A DNA stretch of 64,000 nucleotides from Macrostomum hystrix (taxonomy: Eukaryota; Animalia; Platyhelminthes), in NCBI GenBank assembly GCA_950097015.1, contig CATNEN010000011.1, forward strand, positions 6,262,001 to 6,326,000, read 5' to 3'. The notes under the pieces are model-generated. The model was not told the DNA's origin. It did no database searches and was given only the letters and a program-made list of their open reading frames with translations. The translations under genes were made by a program, and so were the position numbers. Positions 24,100 to 37,197 of the stretch are shown here, one piece after another. Every line of letters begins with the position of its first letter. Position 1 is the first letter of the stretch.

Positions 24100-25005
24100 C
24101 CCAGATTCACCTAACCCCAGATTCTCCTAACCCCAGATTCTCCTAACCCCAGATTCTCCTAATCCCAGATTCTGCTAATCCCAGATTCACCTAACCCCAG
24201 ATTCTTCTAATCCCAGATTCTCCTAACCCCAGATTCTCCTAACCCCAGATTCTTCTAATCCCAGATTCTCCTAATCCCAGATTCACCTAACCCCAAATTC
24301 TTCTAATCCTAGATTCTCCTAACCCCAGATTCTCCTAATCCCAGATTCTCCTAACCCCAGATTCACCTAACCCCAGATTCTCCTAACCCCAGATTCTTCT
24401 AATCCCAGATTTTCCTAACCCCAGATTCTCCTAACCCCAGATTCTCCTAATCCCAGATTCTCCTAATCCCAGATTCACCTAACCCCAGATTCTTCTAATC
24501 CCAGATTCTCCTAATCCCAGATTTTTCTAATCCCAGATTCTCCTAATCCCAGATTCTCCTAATCCTAGATTCTCCTAATCCCAGATTCACCTAACCTCAG
24601 ATTCTTCTAATCCTAGATTCTCCTAACCCCAGATTCTCCTAATCCCAGATTCTCCTAACCCCAGATTCTCCTAACCCCAGATTCTTTTAATCCTAGATTC
24701 TCCTAACCCCAGATTCTCCTAATCCCAGATTCTCCTAACCCCAGATTCTTCTAATCCCAGATTCTCCTAACCCCAGATTCTCCTAACCCCACATTCTTCT
24801 AATCCTTGATTCTCCTAACCCCAGATTCTCCTAATCCCAGATTCTCCTAACCCCAGATTCTCCTAACCCCAGATTCTCCTAATCCCAGATTCTCCTAATC
24901 CCAGATTCTCCTAATCCCAGATTCACCTAATCCCAGATTCTCCTAACCCCAGATTCTCCTAATCCCAGATTCTTCTAATCCTAGATTCTCCTAATCCTCC
25001 TAATG
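24100..25005. repeat. 16-bp minisatellite (attctcctaaccccag / attctcctaatcccag)
   Basis: About 55 tandem units between convergent genes. Confidence 0.97.
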
Positions 25006-25552
25006 CCAGATTTTCCTAACCCTCGGAATTCCATTTCCCTAGTTAAAAGATTATTGTAATCCCAAATTTCCTAGTTTAATCCAGCAACACAATAACAAAC
25101 AAGTTTTTAATGTAATTTTTAAGTCACTTTTACGATTGTTTATTTACTATATAGCAAAACATTAAAACAAAGTTTGCTGTTTTAGTAGCAGCACAGCTGA
25201 GAATAAGCAAAAATACGGGGAAAAATATGCATAACGTTTTAATCCTTTTAATAATAGTAAGACAAAGTGTGGGTTATTTTAAAAATGTAGAAGAAATTGT
25301 AAAGCTCTGTAGATAAAACTACGGTATCAAAATGCAAACAACATGACTTTGTTAGTTGGCATCCGATGTGCTTGCACCAAAAGAAACAAAAATATTGAGA
25401 ATAGAGTAAAAATAAGCCACCACACCAATATTCTGTGACAAGAAAATAACTGATTGTATAAAACTAGCATGAGTACACCACATTCTTAGAAACAAAAAAT
25501 CGCATATTGCACAACTAGGAACGCGTAAACAAAACACAAGAATGCTCAAAGT

Positions 25553-25995
25553 GCAGGGGTACTCAAAGGACAGGGGTACTCAAAAGACAGGGGTACTCAA
25601 AGGACAGGGGACTCAAAGGACAAGGGTACTTAAAGGACAGGGGTACTCAAAGGACAGGGGTACTCAAAGGACAGGGGTACTCAAAGGACAGGGGTACTCA
25701 AAGGACAAGGGTACTCAAAGGACAAGGGTACTCAAAGGACAAGGGTACTCAAAGGACAGGGGTACTCAAAGGACAGGGGTACTCAAAGGACAAGGGTACT
25801 CAAAGGACAAGGGTACTTAAAGGACAAGGGTACTCAAAGGACAGGGGTACTCAAAGGACAGGGGTACTCAAAGGACAGGGGTACTAGGGTACTCAAATGA
25901 CAAGGGTACTCAAAGGTCAGGGCACTTTAAAGGGTAATGGCACGCAAAGAACAGGGGTAATCAATGAACAGGGGTACTCAAAGGACAGGGGTACT
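25553..25995. repeat. 17-bp minisatellite (aaggacaggggtactca)
   Basis: Tandem units just downstream of the mannosidase stop. Confidence 0.96.
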
Positions 25996-26059
25996 AAAAG
26001 TTGTCAGAAAAAGTGCCAGAAGATTGTCTCCAAAAACTGAACTCAGTCGCTCTCACTAT

Positions 26060-29000
26060 CTACAAACTAGTTCTAACAGGTAGCGGGTGGCCCTCGGTAT
26101 TAAACACCCATTCCTTAGCTGAGAAATATTCAACATCCGAGAACACGAGGTAGAGATATTTCAACGTCTCAGCCAGGAAATAGCTGGGCTGCAGATCTCC
26201 AACCGGAGATCGAGTTGAATAAACATCCGACAGCAGAGCGAATCCACCGGTTGACATAATCCTGGTATGCTGCTCAAGCGCCTGGGTGGCATCCCAGGCC
26301 CATTGGCGGTAGCGCGCATCTTTAGTGGCTCGGTACAGGTGCATATAGGACTCGATTGTCTCCGGGCGAAGCATGTAGCGCTGTTAAGGGATTTTCACGG
26401 CGATTGGTCGAATATGTTAGGAGATACAGGAAAAATGTAGGTATTTGAAATACCTCCGTGGTCTACTGTTTTAGATGGGATTTTGATACTTAAACAACTT
26501 CTCTGCCAAGAGTTGTGATCCGACAATTGGACTAGAAGTCAAGGGACATCCTGTGCATGTGGCTCCGCTAACAGTAGGACAACCAAGCCATTTTGCCGCG
26601 CGTTTTTATACAAAGAGGGGTAATTTCTTCCCTTTTTGATTTTGATTTTTTTTGCAGAATACTAACAGCGTTGGGTGGTGTTTATAGTGGCCTAGTTCCA
26701 CCTGTTGTAGCCTTTTGAAGGTCCACTGAAGACGGAGATGATGCAGGCACCTCGGCCATAACCATTGAGTATCTCGACGGTCCAAAAAGCTGGCGACTTG
26801 GTTCTTGTTTCAGAAGATGCGCAACAAAAAGTTGGCTCGTGTTCTTGGGTTTCGTGTGCTTGCGTTGTTCTGTTCGGGCGCAGCGAAAACTCCCCCCCCT
26901 TGATAGTTCTACTGTTAACAAACCTTGTCCTCAGCTCGGACAGCTGTAGCGTCAGCACCAGCGTCGAACTGGAAGGCCTCCGGACCGAGGCCCATAGCCG
27001 ATCGCCTGTAGGCCTCCCGACATGTCCGCGTCAGCTCCTCGCCAACTGACAGCCATCGCTGACGATTCAACTCGGAGTCGAGCTTGCCGTCGCAGGCCGG
27101 AGCAGCCGTGGCAGCCAGAGCGAACATGCCGCCAGCGAAGCAGGCCAGGTGCTCCATTCGAGTGTCCACCGGTCGACCTTCGCGCAGGGTGGCCAGGTAA
27201 AGAAAGCCGCTGCTGTTTGTGCTCCGACGCAGTAGGCCGCGTTCAATTGACGCGGCGGCTTCGCGAAAGAGACGGCACGACTCGGCGTCGGTGCCGTTGG
27301 TGCGGAGCCACTCCTTTGATTGGTCGGAAAGGAAGTTTGGAACACGCATGCAAAAGATGTCATTAGGAGATTCTATTTTTAGAACATGAGAGGAAAGGTC
27401 GAGACACGGAGATTCTCGGTGCGGAGGTGCGGAGGAAGAGATAGGAAGATTCTCTTAAAAAGCACAAGTTTTGAAGACAAGATAAGAGATTCTATTTTTA
27501 GAACACGCGTGCGGAAGACTAGATAAGGAGATTCTATTTTTAGAACACGCGTGCGGAAGACTAGATAAGGAGATTCTATTTTTAGAACATGCATGCGGAG
27601 GATCAGAAAATGAGATTTTATTTTTAGAAAGTGCATGCGTCAGGACGAGATAAGGAGATTCTATTTTTAGAACATGCGTGCGAAGGACGAGATAAGGGGC
27701 TACAACAGACGTCTGCGCACCTGCACAAAGAAAATGGCATACAACTGACGACTCTGTTGACAATTCGTACAGCATAAGAGCAATCAGGTCAAACCTTAAG
27801 CAGATATTCGTAGAAGGAATCCCCTAATGAGCCAAGTGAGGCTATTTGAACAGCCACACTCTGCGGCCTTCCTGGATGCAGAAAATTCGGATAGAGGCCC
27901 CAGTGCGGCCTCGGCGATTTCATGATGGCCTGGCGAGCTTGACGCGCCGCTTTGGCATAGGCCGGGTCTCCGGTGAGCTCGCTTAGCAGGCTGAATTCGA
28001 GCTGAAAGCTGCCAGCCTCGGCCAACACGGAGCAGCCGAATGGAGCCCAGCTGTGGTCCAAGGCGGCTCCCGTTTTCAGATTGATTCGAGCTCTAGGCAG
28101 GCCCGATGGGGTGGCGAAGGCGGGCAGCAGGCGATCGGCCAGATCGGTTGCCTTGGCAACAAAGCGTCGATCGCCGGTGAGAAAAAAGGCTGACAGGAGG
28201 CCGCCGATGAATCGAATGTTCATCTCGAATACGGAGACGACGACATCCTGAGCTCGCGGTGGCAACGAGAAGATAATTGTAAACGGTCGTTAATAAACAA
28301 TGTTAATAAACAATGACACCCAGTAAGCACCTGATCAAAGTTGAGCTCCTCGAACGTCCACCGCGCCGCTCGGTCGAATTCCTCATTCAGGCCGGCAATC
28401 CACAGAGTGTCCAACGAGTCTACAATGGTCAGACCAAAGCGGGCCGCCCCGCCGAACAAATCGGCGTCGCCAACGCCAGGCCCGGCTGGGCCGCCGCTGA
28501 TTGGCTGCAGCTCGTTGGCGCCCCAGGCGGCGCGGGCGTAGGCGGCCCAGGCCGAGCGGAGCATCTCGCGCACGCGATCGCGCATCGAGCGCGCTTCGGC
28601 ACTTTTTAAATCGGCGCCAAGCTGAGGTGAGGATCGACGAAAATTCGTTGGCGATTGGAATAGGATCGGATAGCGAGCGGCTGATAATAGACGGGAGAGA
28701 GCGTTCTGATTGGCCTGCAGATTAGAGTAACAACAAGCAGATTAGCGGCCTCCGTAGGGGGTGAGTCTAAAGCAGAGCAGTCTAACGGGTTTCGCGGGCA
28801 AGCCTCATTAATTTGGGGCGTAGTTGTGAAGAGAAGACTTCAAGGCTAGTCGTAAAATATACGCCATTGATAGCCAGCCTCCAAGGCACAGTGAGAGTGT
28901 GCACTGACGTGAGAAAGTCACACCCGTGTTCGTACATGTGTACAACTCAGATTGTAGAGTTCTAGAGTCAGCGGAGGGCAGAAGTCCTCGGAGGCTGCGG

Positions 29001-29473
29001 GTCTAGTGTCACCAAATGATGTGCTAAATCACTTTTTCGCTGCAAAAACTCAATAGCTAGTCAATGAAATCATTCTAAGCTGCGTAGCATCAGGTCCTGT
29101 TTAAACTTATCATAGAGCAGCATTAATAACATTTTGAGAGTTTCAGCATAGCTAAGAGCTCCACCTGAACTCCGTTGCGCAAAGTGGCAGCCTTAGCGGC
29201 AGCCCTCATTAGACGCCGTCTCAGCCGAGCAGATAGCTGAGCAAGACGACGATCAGCTTCAGCGCCACTGAAAATCGCCGCCCTGTCGCGCAGCAGATGC
29301 GGATCGGGCTCCAATGGTCCCAGGCCGTGACGATCCCGAAACTGGCCAGGCAGGAAATGCCGAATCGACAGGGGTGTCAAGGATACCAGAATGCACAGCA
29401 GGCTGAAACAGACTAATAGGGCCAGCATCAGCTTGACAACATGAAGTGACAATCTCGGCATTGAAATCTGCAT
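26060..29473 (-). CDS. MAN1A: GH47 mannosyl-oligosaccharide alpha-1,2-mannosidase (Golgi MAN1A-like), type II membrane protein, about 618 aa; exons 29165-29473, 28331-28714, 27795-28247, 26924-27313, 26060-26380
   Basis: N-terminal TM; WGANELQP, TIVDSLDTL, SVFEMNIRFIGGLL, AEAGSFQLEF, GDSFYEYLLK, MEHLACFAGGM, LRPETIES, SYFLAETLKYLYL, NTEGHPL; all phase-0 junctions. Confidence 0.95.
27365..27695. repeat. About 42-bp repeat (gagattctatttttagaacacgcgtgcggaagactagataag)
   Basis: Several degenerate units in mannosidase intron 3. Confidence 0.85.
28765..29025 (+). mobile_element. Degenerate SINE family A copy
   Basis: cctccaaggcacagtgagagtgtgcactgac..gagaaagtca and ggctgcgggtctagtgtcaccaaatgatgtgc blocks. 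Confidence 0.7.
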
Positions 29474-32400
29474 GGCTTGTGTCCACAGCGTGCTGCAATA
29501 TCAAGCAGCGAAGTAACTTGACATAAACGTAGAGTTATTGAGCTTCAAAAAAATTTCACAGTTATATTTTATTGAGAATGAATTCTTTATCTTTTTGTCA
29601 GTTTGAGCGAAGTTTTATCGATTTGCTGTTCTAAAAGACTCGCTTTTTAATTGTTCAGTTCTATGCACTTTTTGCTCAGAAGTCAGTTTAGAATAAAAAA
29701 ATTATTATAAATTATATATTATATTAAATTATATAGTTCTTATTCATTCGATTATAATTATTCAAAAAGACTTAAAAGTTATTATAATGTTGATATTCAA
29801 AATATTCAGAGGTATGGTACTGAATTCATTTAATACTTCACTAAAACCAGCAGAAATAATAAACATGTATTTAGGGCCACCAGAAAGTAACAGAATGTGA
29901 TTAGAACATGAATTATTATAACTTCAAAAAAGTTGTAACTCGATGTATCAAATCACAAGTTATGTAGTTACCGATGCTAGTCAAGCTTCAAGATAAAATA
30001 CTAAAGATACGTATTCATTCTTACCAGTCTACTGAAAGTACAATATCATCATATATTTTATCTTGAATTTCCACCATAAATGTTTGATTGCATTAATGTT
30101 TAGCACATCCACAATCTATTGCTTATCAAAGTCTAATACAATGTACTTGTGGCTGAAATGTATTTAAAAGTTGCTAAAAATGTTAGATTTTTTAGCAGCT
30201 TTAGTACTTTAGGTGTTGATCTTAGTTTTTTGGGGATACTAAATGGGGCCTAGTTGAAACATACAAGTACACTTACTTGAGCAACATAATTGTAATAAAA
30301 ACTTATATGACTCAAAATTTATTTTAGCGAAGTTATAGACAATGTCTAGTTACTTACTGCCTTAAGGTACTAAAAGCAAACAAAAAGTCTAGATGAAAAT
30401 CATAAGAAAACTTTTGTTCTTTTGCGTCGAATGAATCTAAAACTGATCGAAGGAGCCTTATTTCCTAGAAAATTCGATAATTTTAATTTAATACTTGAGA
30501 ACATCATCGCGTGTCATGAACTTAAACAATTCGCAACAATGCACAAATGTTACAAGTTGTTTTTTGAACATCAAGTAATTTTTTAAGTAGTAATTAAAAA
30601 ACAGTTTTTATTAATAACTTTTAAATCTAAATCTAACTAAATCTAAAAATACAAATTTGTTTTTTCCCAGAAACGATTTGTTGCAGCTTAAACTAAACAG
30701 ATTTTATTTTGTCACTAACAATAAGTTAGCAAGAATATGGTTCGTAAATTTTTTAAGGTGCAAAGTATTGTAAAATATGTAACATTACAAGGCAAATGTA
30801 ATATTGCTAATTAATTTAATTGTAACCTTTCTCATGCTAAACTACTAAACTAAAACTAGGAACATTTTGAAATTATTTTTTTTAAAGTTAGACTTTTGTT
30901 ACCAAATGTACGCTTCATGCCTATTTTTAAAGTCCAGAATAGTTTTCTCTAGCAAAAATTATTCTCTTTTTAATTTGCATTTTGAAATAATGAAAAATTA
31001 TATAATTTTTTTGAAATTCTATTGGTATGTCACCATGTCAAAACTCCATAGTTTTCATATGATTAGAGCTAAGTATCAATATTATCAGTACTGATCTATC
31101 AATTTTCTCTAAAGTTAGGTCAGACCCATTAGTACACTTTTGGGAATGTTCTAGTTTATTGTATAAAATGATTTTGACCCTAAACGGCAAGTAAACAAAC
31201 AAAAGCAAGTTTATAAAAGCAGTAAAATATGTCATATCATAGCGCTTGAGAAGCAGTATTAAAAAGCATATTAATGGGTCAGCCAGCACAAAAAGTTGTC
31301 AAAATAGTTCTATTGTTAGAGTCAGTGCCAGAGGAACTCACTAAGCAGTCTAAGGTGGTGATAAAAATGTTGTGCCATTGACAGTGCCACTGTCAGTAGC
31401 ACCAGATCATAGGCCTAGTAAGTGATTTCAAGGTCTCAGAGGTCAGCCAATGGCTGCAAATTGGCAGGTGTTATAATTAGATGTGCTTAAGGTTTTCTAG
31501 CTAGCCAGCCTAAAAAAAAAGTAATGGGTCAAAAAAATAATTATAGTAAACTAGGAAATTGCCACACCTTTTAACATTAAATTTTGATCAAACTCTAGTT
31601 CTAAAAACTAGTAGAAGTTCAATTCAGACACTTTAAGCCATAGTAAGTGTATGAGGAAAATCAATAGATATAAGTATGCATTCAAAAGAAACAGAGCCTG
31701 TTCAATTCAATGTCAACTTTTTTGTCTCTAGCAAAATCTCTCTTGCAAGAAGGTGAAAGAGTGCTTTATAAAGAACTTGAATAGAAAAACTTTATTTTAA
31801 ACAAAACTTAACCATGATATACATACATGCCTCAACAATTAACTGTACAATGGTAACTGAAGGAACTGATTAAGTAAATAAGTGATAAAATAATGAACAA
31901 ATAATGGAATAAGTTAGGCCCTAATGAACAAATGCCAAGATGAATGAGTAAAAGAAGAATCAAGTTAATTTTTATTTATCTTTTCAAGCATTCTAGATTT
32001 CAAGCAGTTAGGTTGTTCACTTTAGATCTAACTGCCAAGCAACTTCAAGAAGATATTTTCCTTACTTAGGCCTAATCAAAAGCCCCAATTATCTGAACTC
32101 TATCAGCATTGATGATCCTATCATTTCTTTGGTGTTGCTGACCATTTGGCTCAACATTTTGAAAGTAATTTGTATAGTCTTCACCATCTTCTCACATCAG
32201 ATTGTCTTTTTTTATAATGCAAATGAAGATTTGGGACAGTTTTTTAAGTTCACAATTTTATCATCAAGATATTAATAGTTTACAAAACCAATGAACCAAT
32301 TTGTATCTCTATTTTTGTTTTCATTTGGTTCATTATTTTATTGACAAAAAAGCTGATTCATGTTTAGGTATATGCTTGCTTTTATTTGCTGTTAGCTCAT

Positions 32401-33012
32401 TTTGATCATTTGTGAATGATCTAGAAAACTTCCATATGTAGTTTAAACACTTATATCTAGTAGCTCTTTAGATTATACAATTTGCCATATCTAACAAATT
32501 TCAATCTTTAGTTTCAGGTTGTCAGTAGCCTAATAATTATTTTTATTACTTTATTGAAAGCTTTTGTCTAACAAGTTTAAATCCAACCCACTGAATATAG
32601 TTGAATTCTATTTAGCATCTACTCAAACCAAAAACAATTTTGAGTACTTCATACACTCATAAATAACTATTGTTTTTGCATAGATATAGTAAATTCGAAA
32701 AAAACCTGTGAAAACTTCAGAAATAATTTTTTTTGTAAATTAGTACTTCAAGAATTAGTTTGTTATCAGGTTCATGTTATAGAAATAATTAGCTACAATT
32801 GTACTGCATGCAATTTTTATTTTGCATCATAATAGTAGCTTAGATTAGTATTAACAAATAAAAAACTGAGCATTTCTAGTCTAGTATATTGGACTAATCC
32901 TATTAAAAATTAACAAAGTGCAATAGTTTAAATATGAAGCCTGCAGTCAGTTAATGTGACAAGTTTGCTCGTTGGTTTCGGTAATTAACTGTTGTTCAAT
33001 AGGACATTGTTG

Positions 33013-34342
33013 TCACTGACAGCTGTCATTCAGCTTCTCCAGGTCTTCAAATGTTGGACAGATGGTGCACAGAAAATTAGCAAATTCTGAAAGGAATGTA
33101 TTTTTTGTCCTCCTTTTAAACTACTGACAGTAGAAATGCACGAAAATGCTGACTTTTAATGTTTTTTTGTACCGCCATAGTCCATCTGACCGTCCTTGTT
33201 TAGATCGAACGCGTCGAAGCACATGTCCGCCTCCTCTTTGGTGAATGGAAAGGCGCCACCCTTAGTTAAAATGGTCTCCATGTCAACCTTTGACAGATAG
33301 CCTCTGCCGGCTTTGTCAAATTTCTGAAATTACATTTTAAACAGTTTAGTCATTCTGATGATTTTTGTGTTGAAATAACTGCTTAACTTAGTAAATTCTC
33401 ACCTTGAATGCGTCACCAATCTCTTGGCCGACTTTTTCAGCGTCCTTTCCGTGTTTCTTGTAGAATTCTACGAATTCTTTCAGGCTCATTACTCCATCAC
33501 CTGGAAAAAATTGTGCTGATCAGGTAGTTTTGGCATCTGCCGAGAATCTCTGATAGAATTGGAATCTGCCCAGAATCTCAGACACGATTGGAATCTGCCC
33601 AGATACTCAGACTAATATGGAATCTGCCCAGAACCTCTGACTGAATCGTAATCTTCCCAGAACCTCTGATTGAATTGGAATCTTCCCAGATCCTCTGACT
33701 GAATTGGAATCTGCCCAGATCCTCTGACTGAATTGGAATCTGCCCAGATCCTCTGACTGAATTGGAATCTGCCCAGATCCTCTGACTGAATTGGAATCTG
33801 CCCAGATCCTCTGACTGAATTGGAATCTGCCCAGATCCTCTGACTGAATTGGAATCTGCCCAGATCTGCCCAGATCCTCTGACTGAATCGGAATCTTCCC
33901 AGATCCTTTAACTGAATAGGAATCTGCCCAGATCCTCTGACTGAATTGGAATCTTCCAAGATCCTCTGACTGAATTGGAATCTGCCCAGATCCCCAGACT
34001 GAATCGTAATTAATATCGGTTCAAGCTTACTGTCGATATCCTCGCTAGCCATAATCGCTCTCACTTCCTCCTTCGTTACGCACTGGCCAAGCGCGTTGAG
34101 CAGTTCTTCCAATTCGTCTAATTCCAGTTTTCCGGTGCCGTCCCGATCGAAATAGTCGAACACAGCTTTTAGACCTGCGCGGAAGGCAGAAAAAAATAAT
34201 ATCAAATATAAAATTATATAATATAAAATATAATAATGTTAACATTTAAGATAAAAGAACAAGCTCTACTGGGATTCTCTAAAATTGATTTAATAAAGTT
34301 CTAAAGACGATGAGAAAATAACTTACTTTCCTGATCTGCCAT
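33013..34342 (-). CDS. Calmodulin-like 4-EF-hand protein, 160 aa; exons 34327-34342, 34031-34174, 33403-33500, 33173-33323, 33013-33086
   Basis: Loops DRDGTGKLELDE, DIDSDGVMSLKE, DKAGRGYLSKVD (degenerate) and DLNKDGQMDYGE; canonical phase-consistent introns. Confidence 0.92.
33530..34010. repeat. 29-bp minisatellite (ctctgactgaattggaatctgcccagatc)
   Basis: Tandem units filling calmodulin-like intron 2. Confidence 0.95.
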
Positions 34343-35089
34343 AAATGGTTTTTACAAATACTGGCAATTCTATGTAGCAACTTCTAACCTGCAGCAATTT
34401 ACCACCAGGCTTTTTCGCCTGTTAATTTTGAACTCAAATAATTTTCGGAGAAAGACAAAGACAGAGAGAGATAGAGGAAGGCAGAATGGATGGAAATGAG
34501 AGAATATAGGAATGCAAAAAATAGTTCAAAGAGATGAATGACAAAAGGGGACCGCTGAGCGCTGGTAACCTGGGTGACAGGGATGCGATGAAGTGGGTTT
34601 TGAGTGGAGGTGGGTTAGCGCTTAAAAACTACGGGAGTGCCGCGATGCCTGTCTCTAAAGCAGGGATGTGTGTGTGCGTTTTTTTGTGTGAGTCCTTGAC
34701 AAGATGGATCGATCGTAATGCCTACCGGCCAGCAACAAATGAAAAAGCGCGCGCGAGAGAGAGGGAGAGAGAGAGCTTCAGGATTTGCGTTGCGTAGAGA
34801 ACTGAGGGGATGAACAGTACGGGTGATGACGTCTGTCACAGGGAGTGCAGGCCGGGGTTCTCTGGTAAACAGAAAAACCAGGGTGACATTGGAATGAGGC
34901 CTTTAATGTGGATTATCTGCATAATGGCGTACATAATAATGTATGTTTTCCGTATAAGAAGCTCTGAGTTTAGTTAGTAAAGTATAGACGGGAATGTTTT
35001 TTTTCTGTCAACACATTGCCGATAAAGTGCATACACAGTTTATACTATGTTTACTTACAGTGTACGTTTGGTTTGCCTCAAAAAGGTGA

Positions 35090-35470
35090 AAAATTTCCCA
35101 GACAATTCATTGCGGGGAATAAATCATTTAGGCGAGCGCGCTGTTCGTATCGCGAATGGTCAGCGAGGGCAGAATTCTATGATCTCTCTTGCCATCTTGT
35201 GAGGAGCTTTTTCATGCCACAACTGTAGTTGGAGGGTTTAACAATGCTCACTTACGGGATTTCGTTTCCGAGCTGAAGGCGCTTAGGGATGAACCCTTCA
35301 CACTGTTGTTGGATGGCGCCAGGGTCCATAATAACATGCTGGGCATGCAAGCGAGCCATTCTTGGACGGATTTTTGCTCTACGTACTTCCAGCGCTGCAC
35401 GAACTTCGAAGACATTAATGACTGACTTGGCTAGAGTTTTGTGTGTTCAACAGGCTTCTCTTATCCTGTA
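35090..35470 (+). pseudogene. Decayed Tc1/IS630-like transposase fragment
   Basis: LGERAVRIANGQRGQNSMISLAI, FNNAHLRDFV, LLLDGARVHN and LLYVLP across frames, with stops and frameshifts. Confidence 0.6.
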
Positions 35471-36045
35471 GCAGGCAAGGACTACAAAACAACACCGTCT
35501 TACGAAAGGAACTGGCTGGAGCGCAATAAAACACAGATGGTGGATCAATCGGAAGTGTGTGATTCTTCACCTTGAGCATCCGTGCGTTGTCAGCCAGTGC
35601 TTTTTACAAACACCCATTTACTTTGTTGCTTTCTGTGTACGATTAGCACAACGGTCAATTACAAAAAAAACAAAAAATGTGACTTATAAAAACATTCTGT
35701 TTACACATTCTGTTTCTCTTTTTATATAGACTTAAAAATGTTGATGCTCACCGATGAGTACATCGGCAAAGCCGTCATCCAAATGCTCGCTTCTCGTTCG
35801 TCCCGCGCTAAACTATAGACAGTACATCTCTCTCCACTGTCATAGTTGCTCTTGCAGCCTTGTACACAGCTTTTTCTTGGCATGATGCGAAAACCAAAGT
35901 CAGATAAATCACGCTAGCATCTGTCTTCTGCAGGACTAAAAAAACAGATAACAAACTGAGATAGAAAAGCAAACAAGGACAACTAAAAGTAAAAGGCTAA
36001 ACTAAATGCGTTCCTTTTGAGCTACGTGCATATATTAATAAAGTA

Positions 36046-36169
36046 CGAGGCTGGCGGCTCAATATGCGCAGTACAACTAGAAGGGTGGACCGGCGGTTGC
36101 TGCGAATGGTGAAGGGAAGCCTCAAATTGCCAGCCACCCTGCTACGGCTGATGTGGGCTGAAAGCCTCG
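36046..36169. mobile_element. 124-bp unit bounded by mariner-type ends (TA-CGAGG...CCTCG-TA) containing a copy of 36457-36575
   Basis: Direct sequence identity to the adjacent Tc1 ORF; 7-bp inverted ends CGAGGCT/AGCCTCG; TA on both sides. Confidence 0.6.
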
Positions 36170-36309
36170 TATATGCCTTAGACTTTTAGCATCATTTAGC
36201 CAGCCTTCTGAAAAATGCGCACAAAACGCGATTGCAACGTCCTGTGTTGTTTAGTGGTCCTTGGCAGCAGCTTACAGGATTCTAAGATCCACGTTCGCAA
36301 CCAAACGCA

Positions 36310-37030
36310 TTGGTTCGCCAAATTACCGACCTGGGACGAGCGCGCGCCATTGGCATGCTGGACGCTGGGATGTCCATCCGAGCCGGGCGGTCGCACACAG
36401 CAATCCGCTAACTGCAGATCAAGTGCAGAGAAATGGGCAGCGTGGCGCAAGCCACGCGAGGCTGGCGGCTCAATATGCGCAGTACAACTAGAAGGGTGGA
36501 CCGGCGGTTGCTGCGAATGGTGAAGGGAAGCCTCAAATTGCCAGCCACCCTGCTACGGCTGATGTGGGCTGAAAGAAGCAGGCGAGGGAGATGCTGCCGC
36601 AGCACGTGCAAAACTCTGAGAGCCAGTCAGCTTCTATTCACGTGTGGGCAGGCATCACAATGCACGCGAAGACGGAGCTCGTGTTCTTGGATGCGATTGT
36701 GACTGCCAAGTCGTACGCCAACCTACAGATTTGCCTGCTGCCCTTCATTGATGCTTTATGTGGTGGCGTGGGGAACAGCGTGGGGAACATCTGAAGGAGC
36801 TGCTGCACCTGCGAACCTCGCGCTGGCCGTCCCGATCCCCGTACATGAATCCCATAGAGCACGTTTGGGATTACCTGAAGCGCTCGATTCAGCGCGACAA
36901 TCCGCCGCATAACGTTACCCACCTGCGCGAATCACTGTCTACTGCATGGCAACAACTACCGCAAAATGTTCTACAATGCCTGGGAGTTAGAGCTCTGCTG
37001 CACGCACGTGGCTGCTATACGCGTTACTGA
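36310..37030 (+). pseudogene. Internally deleted Tc1-like transposase pseudogene
   Basis: ARAIGMLDAGMS, RSTTRRVDRRLLRM, SIHVWAGI, WPSRSPYMNPIEHVWDYLKR, RGCYTRY*; stop, frameshifts and a large deletion near 36576. Confidence 0.88.
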
Positions 37031-37197
37031 CCCTGTTCTGGGCAAGTTGTCACCCATGCTCGCGTACTTTGTTTCTTTGCTGCTCCTTTGCTTCTTTCGA
37101 ATCCGGATTATATATTTGTCTATGGCTCAAACCACGAATATATCCACCCACCAAAAAGTTGAACCTTCGCGCGCTAGGGTGGAAACTTTTCAATGTA

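Noticed and set aside
26720-26800. Possible Penelope-type hammerhead ribozyme (ccactgaagacgga...gtccaaaaagc)
   Set aside because: CUGANGA is present but the GAAA core and helices I and III could not be built.
29520-33000. Hidden gene or transposon in the 3.5-kb AT-rich stretch
   Set aside because: Only short AT-rich ORFs without motifs or consistent splice signals; no terminal repeats found by eye.
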